This document shows, piece by piece, positions 29,253 to 38,266 of a stretch of 64,000 nucleotides of DNA. Under the pieces are notes generated by a model, which saw nothing but the letters and a program-made list of their open reading frames with translations, did not search any database and was not told the DNA's origin. Numbering within the stretch: position 1 is the stretch's first letter; each line of letters starts with the position of its first letter. The stretch covers positions 2 to 64,001 of the forward strand of contig JAXJYD010000026.1 in assembly GCA_036307105.1 (NCBI GenBank), given 5' to 3'. This DNA is from Clostridia bacterium (GTDB taxonomy: Bacteria > Bacillota > Clostridia > TANB77 > CAG-508). Made by a program: the position numbers and the translations under genes.

Positions 29253-30602
29253 ATGTTAGATTTAAATGAAATGACACTAACAGAACTAAAAGAATTAGCA
29301 AAACAAAATAATATAAAAAACATATCAAAATTAAAGAAAGAAGAATTAATTATAGTTTTAAAACAAGTTGTAAAAAATGAAAATAATGATATTAAAGATA
29401 ATAATGTATCTGAAAATATTAAAGTAGAAAGACAATATGATGAAAATGGAAATTCAATTGTTGATTATAAACTAACAAATGATGGAGATTCTATTGTTGA
29501 AGGAATATTAGAAATATTACCAGATGGATATGGTTTTTTAAGAGGAGATAATTTTTTATCAAGTGATAAAGATGTATACATATCTATGGTTCAAATCAGA
29601 AGATTTAGATTAGATACTGGTGATATAGTAAAAGGTATATCTAGATTTAGAGAAGGTGAAAAATTCCCATCTTTAATATTTGTAGGTGAAGTAAATGGAG
29701 AACATCCTGAAAAAGCTATGAAAAGAAAAAGGTTTGATGAATTAACTCCAATTTATCCAACTGAAAGATTAAAATTAGAAACAACTTCAAATGAATATGC
29801 AACAAGAATAATAGATTTGATGTGTCCAATTGGAAAAGGGCAGAGGGGAATGATAGTTGCTCAACCAAAAGTAGGAAAAACTACATTATTAAAGAAAGTT
29901 GCAAATAGTATAAGTGCAAATAATCCAGAGGTAGAATTAATAGTATTATTAATAGACGAAAGACCTGAAGAAGTTACAGACATGAAACGTTCTATTAAAG
30001 GACAAGTAATTCATTCTACTTTTGATGAATTGCCAGAGCATCATGTAAAAGTAGCAGAAATGGTTTTAGAAAGGGCTAAAAGATTAATAGAACATGGAAA
30101 AGACGTTGTTATTTTGTTAGATAGCATTACAAGACTTACTAGAGCATATAACTTAGTTATTCCATCATCTGGAAGAACTTTATCTGGAGGTATTGATCCT
30201 GCTGCATTACATAAACCAAAAAAATTCTTTGGTGCAGCAAGAAATATTGAACATGGTGGAAGTTTAACAATTTTAGCAACAGCATTAATTGATACAGGAA
30301 GTAGAATGGATGATGTTATTTTTGAGGAATTTAAAGGTACAGGTAATATGGAAGTACACTTAGATAGAAAACTATCTGAAAAACGTATTTTCCCAGCTAT
30401 TGATATTAATAAATCTGGAACAAGAAGAGAGGATTTATTATTAACAAAACAAGAAAGAGAAACAGTATTTGCCCTAAGAAAAGCAATGAATAGTATGCCA
30501 GTTGCTGATGTAACAGAACAAGTTATTAGCCAAATGACACAAACAAAAAACAATGAAGAGTTCATAGAAAAAATGGATTTATATTTAAGAAGATTTAAAT
30601 AA
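29253..30602 (+). CDS. rho: Transcription termination factor Rho
   Basis: N-terminal SAP-like [23 protein letters not shown], Walker [29 protein letters not shown] 7 nt before ATG 29253. Confidence 0.95.
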   Translation: MLDLNEMTLTELKELAKQNNIKNISKLKKEELIIVLKQVVKNENNDIKDNNVSENIKVERQYDENGNSIVDYKLTNDGDSIVEGILEILPDGYGFLRGDNFLSSDKDVYISMVQIRRFRLDTGDIVKGISRFREGEKFPSLIFVGEVNGEHPEKAMKRKRFDELTPIYPTERLKLETTSNEYATRIIDLMCPIGKGQRGMIVAQPKVGKTTLLKKVANSISANNPEVELIVLLIDERPEEVTDMKRSIKGQVIHSTFDELPEHHVKVAEMVLERAKRLIEHGKDVVILLDSITRLTRAYNLVIPSSGRTLSGGIDPAALHKPKKFFGAARNIEHGGSLTILATALIDTGSRMDDVIFEEFKGTGNMEVHLDRKLSEKRIFPAIDINKSGTRREDLLLTKQERETVFALRKAMNSMPVADVTEQVISQMTQTKNNEEFIEKMDLYLRRFK

Positions 30603-30614
30603 AATATTTACCAT

Positions 30615-30655
30615 ACAACCAAGTCACATATTTAAAGTGACTTGGTTGTTCGATT
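30615..30655 (+). terminator. Hairpin terminator after rho
   Basis: 13-bp stem ACAACCAAGTCAC (30615-30627) / GTGACTTGGTTGT (30637-30649). Confidence 0.65.
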
Positions 30656-30776
30656 TTATAAAATCAATATATTGTAAATGTATACATAGATTTGAACACT
30701 GGTATTTTTTAACTTCAAAACGAAATAGGAGAGCAAAGGAATATGGATAAAAAGAAGAATAAAAAGAAATGTATAA

Positions 30777-30806
30777 CATTGCACAAAATAAAAGTTTTCG
30801 TGCGTT
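30777..30806 (+). repeat. dif-like site copy S1 (intact left arm, degenerate right arm)
   Basis: CATTGCACAAAA-TAAAAG-TTTTCGTGCGTT. Preceded by a short version of the conserved GGAGAGCAAAGGAATATGGAT block. Confidence 0.6.
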
Positions 30807-30840
30807 TTTATTGCAAGTTGTTTGAATAATGTGTAATTTG

Positions 30841-30882
30841 TCACAAAAGTCGTTTGACTTTTGTGATTTTTAATGTTACAAT
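30841..30882 (+). promoter_or_regulatory. Promoter overlapped by a perfect 11-bp palindrome
   Basis: TCACAAAAGTC (30841-30851) / GACTTTTGTGA (30856-30866). TTGACT 30854-30859, 17-nt spacer, TACAAT 30877-30882. Confidence 0.55.
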
Positions 30883-30917
30883 ATAAGTGTAATCTAGAAA
30901 CAGAGGAGTGATGTATA

Positions 30918-32220
30918 ATGTATAGAAATCAAATTGAAAAACTTATAGAATGGAAAAATAATAAAAATAAAAAACCATTAATTATAAGAGGTGCTAGGCA
31001 AGTTGGAAAAACATGGCTTATGAAAGAATTTGGAGAAAAATACTATAAAAATTTTGCTTATATAAATTTTGATAGAAATACAAGAATGGAACAACTTTTT
31101 TCTGGTGATATGAATATAGAAAGAATAATACAAGGTTTAAAACTTGAATCTGGAGTTAATATAAATTCAAGTGATACACTAATTATTTTTGACGAAGTTC
31201 AAGAAGTTCCAAATGCATTAACATCTTTAAAATATTTTTATGAAAATGCACCTGAATATAATATTATTTCTGCAGGATCATTACTTCGGAATTGCAATGC
31301 ATAGTGGAACATCATTTCCAGTTGGAAAAGTAGATTTTTTAGATTTATTTCCATTAAATTTCTTTGAATTTCTTAATGCACTTGGTGAAGAAGAGTTGGT
31401 TAAACTCATAAAATCAAATGACTTTGAACTTATAAAAGTATTTTCTGGTAAATTTATAGATTACTTAAAACAATATTTGTATATAGGTGGAATGCCAGAA
31501 GTAGTTAATGCTTTTATTCAAAACAAAGATTATAATGAAGTAAGAGAAATTCAAAATAAATTATTAATTGACTATGAACAAGATTTTTCAAAACATGCTC
31601 CTAATAACATTGTTCCAAGAATTCGTGCTTTATGGAATAATATTCCTACACAGCTTTCAAAAGAAAATAAAAAATTCATTTATGGTTTGGTAAAAGAGGG
31701 GGCAAGAGCTAGAGAATATGAAACAGCTTTAGCATGGCTTATTGATTGTGGCTTGATATATCAAATAAATAGAGTAAATGACTGTAAAATTCCACTTGCT
31801 GCATATCAAGATTTTAACTCATTTAAATTATATTTATTAGACCCAGGATTATTATGTGCTATGGCAAAAATAGATAGTAGTTCAATATTAGAAGGAAATG
31901 ATTTATTAGTAGAATTTAAAGGGTCATTAACAGAACAATTTGTATTAACTGAATTAAAATCCAATACAGATGTACCTATATTTTATTGGTCAGCTGATAA
32001 AGGAATAGCTGAATTAGATTATATTATTCAATTAGGAAAAAATAATATTCCAATAGAAGTAAAATCGAGCGAAAATTTACAAGCTAAAAGTCTAAAAACA
32101 TTTGTAGAAAAATATAACACAAAAATAAATATTAGAACTTCTTTATCTGATTATCGAAAAGAAAAATGGCTAACTAATATTCCTTTATATATAATTGGAA
32201 ATATTAAAAATATTATATAA
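30918..32220 (+). pseudogene. AAA_14/DUF4143-family ATPase, reading frame broken once at CGG 31287-31289
   Basis: GARQVGKTW Walker A. ORF 30918-31304 ends ...SAGSLLRNCNA*. The +1 frame from 31288 gives GIAMHSGTSFPVGKVDFLDLFPLNFFEF, the expected continuation of this family. Confidence 0.8.
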
Positions 32221-32248
32221 TATTTTATAATCTGATAAATATATTAAA

Positions 32249-32540
32249 GATGGTGGGAACATATTTATGGTGTTCAAATATTAGCCATAAGAATTTTAAA
32301 ATTGCAAATTTTTTATTATTTTGTAAAAAACTATAATTTAAATATCTTATAAAAAATATATAATAAAAAATTAAATATAAATGATTAACTTATATAAAAA
32401 AAGCTAATTTAATAAGAAATATGATTTAATTGAATGTTACTTTAATCCATAATAATGATATAGGAGAGCAGGGGTATATGGATCAAAACAATCAAAAAAG
32501 AAATATATAACATTGCACAAAATCAAAGTATCCGTGCGTT
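32249..32540 (+). repeat. Left-array terminus repeat unit plus dif-like site copy S2
   Basis: G-box GATGGTGGGAAC, AAAATTGCAAATTTT palindrome, an A+T-rich tract, a conserved ATAGGAGAGCAGGGGTATATGGAT block, then CATTGCACAAAA-TCAAAG-TATCCGTGCGTT (32511-32540). Confidence 0.65.
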
Positions 32541-32570
32541 CAAATTTATAAAAATAAGCCTAGTAGTTAG

Positions 32571-32671
32571 TTGTAATTATCAGTCTTTTGTTATATAATA
32601 AGGAAACATTCGTAATATTACAATATTACGAACAAGTTAGAAAACCGTAGATTTGTGAAATCTACGGTTTT
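32571..32671 (+). promoter_or_regulatory. Promoter and two-hairpin leader upstream of the recombinase gene
   Basis: TTGTAA 32571-32576, 17-nt spacer, TATAAT 32594-32599. Palindrome TTCGTAATATT/AATATTACGAA (32609-32632). Terminator-like AAAACCGTAGATTT-gtg-AAATCTACGGTTTT (32641-32671). Confidence 0.55.
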
Positions 32672-32714
32672 CGGTTTATAATAGATTCATTCTTATTGAT
32701 TGGAGGAATGAATT

Positions 32715-33677
32715 ATGAACGAAAGTGTTATAAAAACTATAAGTTCAGAAATGAACAGATATTTGAATAATTATCAAATGTCCAAACTAAATGAAGTTCT
32801 TTACAAAAGATTAGATTTAGATGAAGAAGAAATATCTAATGAAGAATACTTAAATAAATTTATTAACTCTAAAAGATTAGAAGGATGTTCAAATTTAACA
32901 TTAAAGAATTATACTATTCATGTTAGTAAGTTATTTAATTATTTAAATAAAGATATTAGAACAATGGATACAGAAGATTTAAGGAATTATCTATCATACT
33001 ATCAAAGTAAAAACAATTGTAATAGTTTAACCATTGATGGAGTTAGAAGATCATTATCAAGTTTCTTTACTTTTTTAGAAGTTGAAGATTATATTGTAAA
33101 AAGTCCTGTAAGACGAATACATAAAATAAAAACAGATATTTTAGTTAAAGAAACATATTCAGATGAAGTATTAGAAAAATTAAGGAATAATTGTAGTAAT
33201 ATCAGAAATCTTGCAATTATAGATTTGTTAGCTTCATCAGGTGTAAGAATAAGTGAACTTGTTAATCTTAATATTGAAGATATTAATTTTGAAGAAAAAT
33301 CATGTGTAGTATTTGGAAAAGGCAAAAAGATGAGAGAGGTTTATTTTGATGGTAAAACTAAGTTACATTTACAAGAATATTTAAATAGTAGAAGAGACTC
33401 AAACAATGCATTGTTTGTAAGTTTATATAAGCCATATGAAAAGTTAAAAAGTCGAGGTATAGAATTAATGCTTCAAAGACTAGGTGAAAAAAATGGGATT
33501 AGTAAAGTTCATCCTCACAAATTCAGGAGAACATTAGCTACTCGTGCAATAGATAAAGGAATGCCAATCGAGCAAGTACAACATTTGCTCGGGCATACAA
33601 AAATAGAAACAACACTTCTTTATGCAATGGTTAATCAAAATAATGTTAAAAATTCGCATAGGAAATATATCTCTTGA
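32715..33677 (+). CDS. Tyrosine recombinase (XerD-like, 320 aa)
   Basis: SAM-like N-terminal domain (NLTLKNYTIHVSKLFNYL). Catalytic ASSGVRISE (R), HPHKFRRTLAT (H-x-x-R), LGHTKIETTLLYA (H..Y). Confidence 0.88.
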   Translation: MNESVIKTISSEMNRYLNNYQMSKLNEVLYKRLDLDEEEISNEEYLNKFINSKRLEGCSNLTLKNYTIHVSKLFNYLNKDIRTMDTEDLRNYLSYYQSKNNCNSLTIDGVRRSLSSFFTFLEVEDYIVKSPVRRIHKIKTDILVKETYSDEVLEKLRNNCSNIRNLAIIDLLASSGVRISELVNLNIEDINFEEKSCVVFGKGKKMREVYFDGKTKLHLQEYLNSRRDSNNALFVSLYKPYEKLKSRGIELMLQRLGEKNGISKVHPHKFRRTLATRAIDKGMPIEQVQHLLGHTKIETTLLYAMVNQNNVKNSHRKYIS

Positions 33678-33979
33678 TATAAATTATACATATAAAATAA
33701 TACAGAAAATGAGTTTAAATAAACAAATGTTTATCTCATTTTTTGTCCTTATAGATTATGAAATCAGTGGAAACAATTAAAGTCCTATCATTAATTTGAA
33801 GAGTAACTGAATTAGTTTTATAATGTGATAAATCAATCACATATTGTTCTAAACCTGTAGAATTGTTATTTCCACCAATATACTTGTAATTACTTTAATT
33901 CCATCAAGTATATCAAAAATATCTTTTCTTGGGACTATCTTTGTGTTATAATGATAGTAATTAAGAAAGGTGGGTAATT

Positions 33980-34420
33980 ATGAGGATAGTAATACAAAGA
34001 GTTGACCAAGCTAGTGTTAATGTAGATAGTAATGTAGTAGGAAAAATAGGCAAAGGATTTGTAGTTTTATTAGGAATTAAGAATACAGATACATATAAAG
34101 ATGCTGATTATTTAGTAAGGAAATTAACAAATTTAAGAGTATTTATGGATGATAAAGATAAAATGAATTTATCTTTATTAGATGTAGAAGGTGAATTATT
34201 AATTATTTCCCAATTTACGTTATATGGCGAATGTAAAAAAAGTGGAAACAGACCGTCGTTTTCAGAAGTAGCAAAGCCTAATATTGCAATACCACTATAT
34301 GAATATTTTATAAATGAATGCAAAAAGGTAATTCCTATAGTTCAAACAGGAACTTTTGGAGCTCATATGAAAGTTGATTTAATAAATGATGGACCTGTTA
34401 CAATTATTATTGATTCATAA
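33980..34420 (+). CDS. dtd: D-aminoacyl-tRNA deacylase
   Basis: MRIVIQRV...SQFTLYG...GNRPSF...GPVTIIIDS. Confidence 0.92.
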   Translation: MRIVIQRVDQASVNVDSNVVGKIGKGFVVLLGIKNTDTYKDADYLVRKLTNLRVFMDDKDKMNLSLLDVEGELLIISQFTLYGECKKSGNRPSFSEVAKPNIAIPLYEYFINECKKVIPIVQTGTFGAHMKVDLINDGPVTIIIDS

Positions 34421-34447
34421 AAAATAGAATTAGGAGGAAATAAAAAA

Positions 34448-35530
34448 ATGGAGTTAAAAATATCGAATTTAATAAAAAATGAAGAATTAAATAATTATGC
34501 AAATGGAAAAAAATTAAATTACAAAACATTAATTGACTGCTCTGATGGAAAAAACCCATATGGATGCTCAAAAAACATATTACAAATTTTAAATAAAATA
34601 AATATGGAAGATATAACTGACTATTCCCATGATAATAAATTTAAAGAAGAAATTGCTAAATATTGGAATATAAAAACTAATAATATAGTTTTATATGATG
34701 GTTCTATTGAAGGATTGTGTGCAGTAAACTTATTATTTAGAACAGCAAATCCAAAATTATTAACCTTTATACCACATTTCCCGGATTTTAGTAATTATTC
34801 TAAAATTATGGGATATGAACACAAAAAAATTTTATTAAATCGTGAGAATAACTATAAATATGATATTGATGAAATGATAAGAAATATTGATGATTTCGTA
34901 AATGTAATTTATATTGATACACCCAATAACCCAACAGGGCAGATATTAAACAAAGTAGAGGCAATTAAGTTAATTGAATATGCGGAGAAAAGAGGGATAG
35001 GAGTAATAATAGATGAAGCATATGGAGATTATGTCGCAAAGGAAGAATCATGTATTGATCTTGTAAATAAATATAACAATTTATTAGTTATAAGAACATT
35101 TTCAAAAGGATTTGGTTTAGCCGGTTTAAGGGCAGGATATGTGATATCTAACGAAAAAGTATGTAGTTATCTTGAAAAAATATCTAGTCCGTATAATATA
35201 TCTTTGATATCAAAAAAATTAGCTATTAGTGCAATCAAAGATATTAAATTTTTAGAAGATTGTATGAAGAAAATAGAAAAGAATAAAATAGAATTATCAA
35301 AAGCAATTCAAGGTAAATTAAGAATGGCAGTTACTCATAAAAGTGCATCTATTTGTTTATTATATTCTGATAATGATATCGATTTATGTCAAAAATTTGC
35401 TGAATATGGAATAAAGGTATATTCAGGGAATTCTTTTGAAGGGCTGGGGAGAAATAGTGTAAGACTTAATTTACCTTGTGAAGAAAAAATGGAAAAATTA
35501 TTAGAGTTGATTAAAAAATTTGAAATATAG
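34448..35530 (+). CDS. Class I/II PLP aminotransferase (HisC/CobD-like)
   Basis: NPNNPTGQ and RTFSKGFGLAGLRAGY (PLP lysine) motifs. Confidence 0.8.
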   Translation: MELKISNLIKNEELNNYANGKKLNYKTLIDCSDGKNPYGCSKNILQILNKINMEDITDYSHDNKFKEEIAKYWNIKTNNIVLYDGSIEGLCAVNLLFRTANPKLLTFIPHFPDFSNYSKIMGYEHKKILLNRENNYKYDIDEMIRNIDDFVNVIYIDTPNNPTGQILNKVEAIKLIEYAEKRGIGVIIDEAYGDYVAKEESCIDLVNKYNNLLVIRTFSKGFGLAGLRAGYVISNEKVCSYLEKISSPYNISLISKKLAISAIKDIKFLEDCMKKIEKNKIELSKAIQGKLRMAVTHKSASICLLYSDNDIDLCQKFAEYGIKVYSGNSFEGLGRNSVRLNLPCEEKMEKLLELIKKFEI

Positions 35531-35556
35531 ACTCACGGAGAAACTACAATTTAACA

Positions 35557-35590
35557 ACTTGTTCGCACTATTTTGATTTTGCGAACAAGT
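35557..35590 (+). repeat. Perfect 10-bp stem hairpin of the modular repeat family
   Basis: ACTTGTTCGC (35557-35566) / GCGAACAAGT (35581-35590) with a 14-nt loop. Confidence 0.6.
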
Positions 35591-35922
35591 GAATAGGGAA
35601 TATAGTAAAATTTGCAATTTATGAGATAAGAACTAAAAATCTTCAAAATTGCAAATTTTTGTTATTTTGAGGAAAATTAAAAATATTAGTAAATTTTATA
35701 AATTTAGAAAAATTATTAGAAAATAAAAATCTAAGAAAAAATAAAATGAAAAAAATTTTGATAAAAAGAAAAACTTAAAAACAAAAATAAATTTAATAAT
35801 TTACAAAAAGATAAACATTTAAAAATTTATAGAAATCTAAGTGAGGGAGGTAAGAAGATACCATATTGATTGACCTAATTTCTTATATATAACATTGCAC
35901 AAAATAAAAGTTTTCGAACATT
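35591..35922 (+). repeat. Left-array terminus repeat unit plus dif-like site copy S3
   Basis: GAATAGGGAAT G-box, AAAATTGCAAATTTT, an A+T-rich tract of about 250 nt, AGTGAGGGAGGTAAGAAGATACCATATTGA block, then CATTGCACAAAA-TAAAAG-TTTTCGAACATT (35893-35922). Confidence 0.7.
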
Positions 35923-35993
35923 AGAATGTTGATATATCAATAATTATACGTTATATAATTAAAATATTGACATCGAAAAAAAACGCAAAACTA

Positions 35994-36105
35994 TTGACAA
36001 ATTCAAAAATATTATGTATAATAAGTAAAGATGTTATGAGATAATTAAATATAAAAATGCAGATATGGAAACCAAGGGAGTATTCTCTTTGATTTCCATT
36101 TTTTA
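35994..36105 (+). promoter_or_regulatory. Consensus promoter followed about 45 nt later by an intrinsic terminator (short RNA or attenuator)
   Basis: TTGACA 35994-35999, 17-nt spacer, TATAAT 36017-36022. Hairpin ATGGAAA...TTTCCAT (36065-36099) plus T6. NUDIX gene RBS follows at about 36160. Confidence 0.5.
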
Positions 36106-36171
36106 TTGTGAAGTTTTATACTGAGTAATCAAAGATTCTTTCTGGTTTCAAATATATTAAAAGGAGGAACA

Positions 36172-36609
36172 ATGAATATGAGTGAAAGACATGTTTCAAA
36201 AATAGTAGTTGATTTACTACTAGAAAGGAGGAATTCGACAACAGGAAAAACAGAAATTCTAATGATGTTAGCAGAGTATTTAGACAATCAATATGATTTA
36301 CCAGGAGGACATTTAGAACCAGGAGAAGATTTATATGATGCAATGATAAGAGAAGCAAAAGAAGAAATAGGAATTACGATTAAAAGAGAAAATATGCAAA
36401 TAGTACATATTTATCACCATTTTAGTAAAGATGTATTAAAATTTGTGTTTAAAGTAGCAAATTACAGTGGTGAAATAAAAAATTTAGAGCCTGAAAAATG
36501 TAAAGAAATAAGATGGATAGACATTAATAATTTGCCAGAAAATACAATTAAGGGTATTAAAAATGAGATAATAAACATTTACAATGATGTATATTACAGT
36601 AAAAATTAA
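36172..36609 (+). CDS. NUDIX hydrolase
   Basis: Nudix box GGHLEPGEDLYDAMIREAKEEIGI. Confidence 0.8.
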   Translation: MNMSERHVSKIVVDLLLERRNSTTGKTEILMMLAEYLDNQYDLPGGHLEPGEDLYDAMIREAKEEIGITIKRENMQIVHIYHHFSKDVLKFVFKVANYSGEIKNLEPEKCKEIRWIDINNLPENTIKGIKNEIINIYNDVYYSKN

Positions 36610-36623
36610 AGGAGGATAATAAA

Positions 36624-36881
36624 ATGATAGATTTACATATACATACTACTTGTTCAGATGGGCAATTAACTGTAGAACAGTTACTAGAAAAAGCAAATAA
36701 TGCAAGACTATCTGTAATTTCATTTTGTGATCACAATGTTCTAGGAGCATATCAAATATTAGATAATATGGATTTAAACAAATATAGAACAAAAATTATA
36801 ACAGGTATAGAATTCGATTTTGTATTTAATCATAAAGACTTTCACATGTTGGGATATGATTTTGAGAAGAATACTGTTTAA
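36624..36881 (+). pseudogene. 3'-truncated PHP-domain phosphoesterase (first ~80 codons only)
   Basis: MIDLHIHTTCSDG...SFCDHNVLGAY aligns with the N-terminus of the full-length PHP protein at 47686-48567, then stops. Confidence 0.7.
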
Positions 36882-37000
36882 AAAATTATACACAGATAGA
36901 AATTCATGAAAGGTAAATTATTATTAATATAATAAAGAGCTAAATATATTAATTTTTGTATATTTAGCTTTTGAACTATTATAAATTGATATATAAGGAA

Positions 37001-37305
37001 ATAGGGGAATAGTAGATAAAAATTTCAAAAAATACAAACTTTTTGGTTTTTTTATAAAAATAAATTTATAAAATCTAAAATAAAAAAATTTATAAATAAA
37101 AATTAATGAAATATAAGGTTTATAAAAAAGTTTAACAAATATATAATTAACGAGATTAAAAATCTAATTTAATAATTAAATATGATTTAATTGGAAACTA
37201 CTTTAAATCCAGCAAAAACAACATAGAAGAGACAGAGGGAAATAGATCAAAAGTAGTATAAAAAGGAATATATAACATTGCACAAAATAAAAGTGTCCGT
37301 GCATT
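37001..37305 (+). repeat. Left-array terminus repeat unit plus dif-like site copy S4
   Basis: ATAGGGGAATAG G-box, an A+T-rich tract, a block shared with 32400-32510, then CATTGCACAAAA-TAAAAG-TGTCCGTGCATT (37276-37305). Confidence 0.65.
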
Positions 37306-37335
37306 CATATTTATACAATTAAAGCTGATAGTTTG

Positions 37336-37364
37336 TTGTAATTATCAGTCTTTTGTTATATAAT
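37336..37364 (+). promoter_or_regulatory. sigmaA-type promoter (same module as 32571-32599)
   Basis: TTGTAA 37336-37341, 17-nt spacer, TATAAT 37359-37364. The surrounding GTTGTAATTATCAGTCTTTTGTTATATAAT is identical to the copy upstream of the recombinase gene. Confidence 0.6.
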
Positions 37365-37439
37365 GAGAAAAATCGTAATATAGTAATATTGCAAATAAGT
37401 TTGATAAAGAAAAATAGTAATTTGAAAGGAGATTAAATT

Positions 37440-38099
37440 ATGGGACTATTTAATAAAAAAGAAGATAGAAAAGAGGGAGAAAAGTCTGAGTTTTATGCTA
37501 CTGGTTGGGATGCAATCGACGAAGAAGCCAAAAGAATATATCCAGGTCAAGATAATCCAAAACATTATGCAGCTTTGATTAAATGGAGATTGGGTGGACC
37601 AGATCCACTTGATGGTATAAGTGTATATGATGGTGGAGATTATTGGCATTTCGTAACTTACGGATTATCAGAACTATATGAAAAAGAAAGCGAAAATAAA
37701 GAGTGGAGTGGTTACGGGATGGAATTTACTTTTAAATTAAAAAAAGACAACTATGTAGATGAAGAACAAGAAATAAAGTGTATTTGTGGAGTATTACAGC
37801 AAATTGCACGAATTACTTTTAAAAATGGTGAAATATTTAATCCATTTGAATATCTATATACAGGACAAACAGTAGGTATTGATTCAAGACAAATTTCAAA
37901 TATAACAGGATTCATAACAATACCAGATACAAAATTCCAAACATTAAATACGAAAAATGGTAGGGTTGATTTTGTTGAATTTATTGGTGCTACAAATAAT
38001 GAATTATTAGCACTTAAAAATAAAGAATTAGATGTAAAAACTTTGTATAGAAAAATAGGCAGTGATGTGACTGATTATAATAGAAAATCAGTTATATAA
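37440..38099 (+). CDS. Suppressor-of-fused (SUFU)-like domain protein
   Basis: YPGQDNPKHYAALIKWRLGGPDPLDGISVYDGGDYWHFVTYGLSELYEKES...GYGMEFTFKL is typical of bacterial SUFU-like proteins. Confidence 0.75.
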   Translation: MGLFNKKEDRKEGEKSEFYATGWDAIDEEAKRIYPGQDNPKHYAALIKWRLGGPDPLDGISVYDGGDYWHFVTYGLSELYEKESENKEWSGYGMEFTFKLKKDNYVDEEQEIKCICGVLQQIARITFKNGEIFNPFEYLYTGQTVGIDSRQISNITGFITIPDTKFQTLNTKNGRVDFVEFIGATNNELLALKNKELDVKTLYRKIGSDVTDYNRKSVI

Positions 38100-38124
38100 A
38101 TTACAAGTTATTGCTGAATTAAAT

Positions 38125-38153
38125 TTGAAAAAAAAGTAGTATTATGCTATAAT
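38125..38153 (+). promoter_or_regulatory. sigmaA-type promoter of the riboswitch-controlled gene
   Basis: TTGAAA 38125-38130, 17-nt spacer, TATAAT 38148-38153. Confidence 0.6.
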
Positions 38154-38164
38154 ATTAGTAGATA

Positions 38165-38250
38165 TGTAAAAAGCAAAATAAACGAAAGTTTATGACGCAA
38201 AGCCAATGGTCTAAAGGTTATATAATAACCCACGATAGCAGGTTGCACAG
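38165..38250 (+). promoter_or_regulatory. c-di-GMP-I (GEMM-I)-like riboswitch
   Basis: GCAAAAT-AAAC-GAAAG-TTTAT-GACGCAAAGCC-AATGG-TCTAAAGG...CC-CAC-GATAGCAGGTTGC follows the GGCAAACC..GAAAG..GACGCAAAGCC..CTAAA..GGTAGC.GGGTTACC order of GEMM-I. The 3' end abuts the GAGGAG RBS. Confidence 0.65.
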
Positions 38251-38266
38251 AAGAGGAGTGGTTGTT

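Noticed and set aside
33745-33900. Possible minus-strand gene remnant (NYKYIGGNNNSTGLEQYVIDLSHYKTNSVTLQINDRTLIVSTDFIIYKDKK*) between the recombinase gene and dtd
   Set aside because: It is only about 52 codons, with no start or RBS and no recognisable family, so I cannot support it as a feature.
35866-35892. 8-codon TTG mini-ORFs (MIDLISYI / MTDIIRDI at 39445-39471) after the GGGAGG of the repeat units, ending at the arm
   Set aside because: The SD-like GGAGG is about 15 nt from the TTG, which is too far. Conservation is explained by the repeat itself. The resemblance to the PHP N-terminus MIDLHIH is weak.
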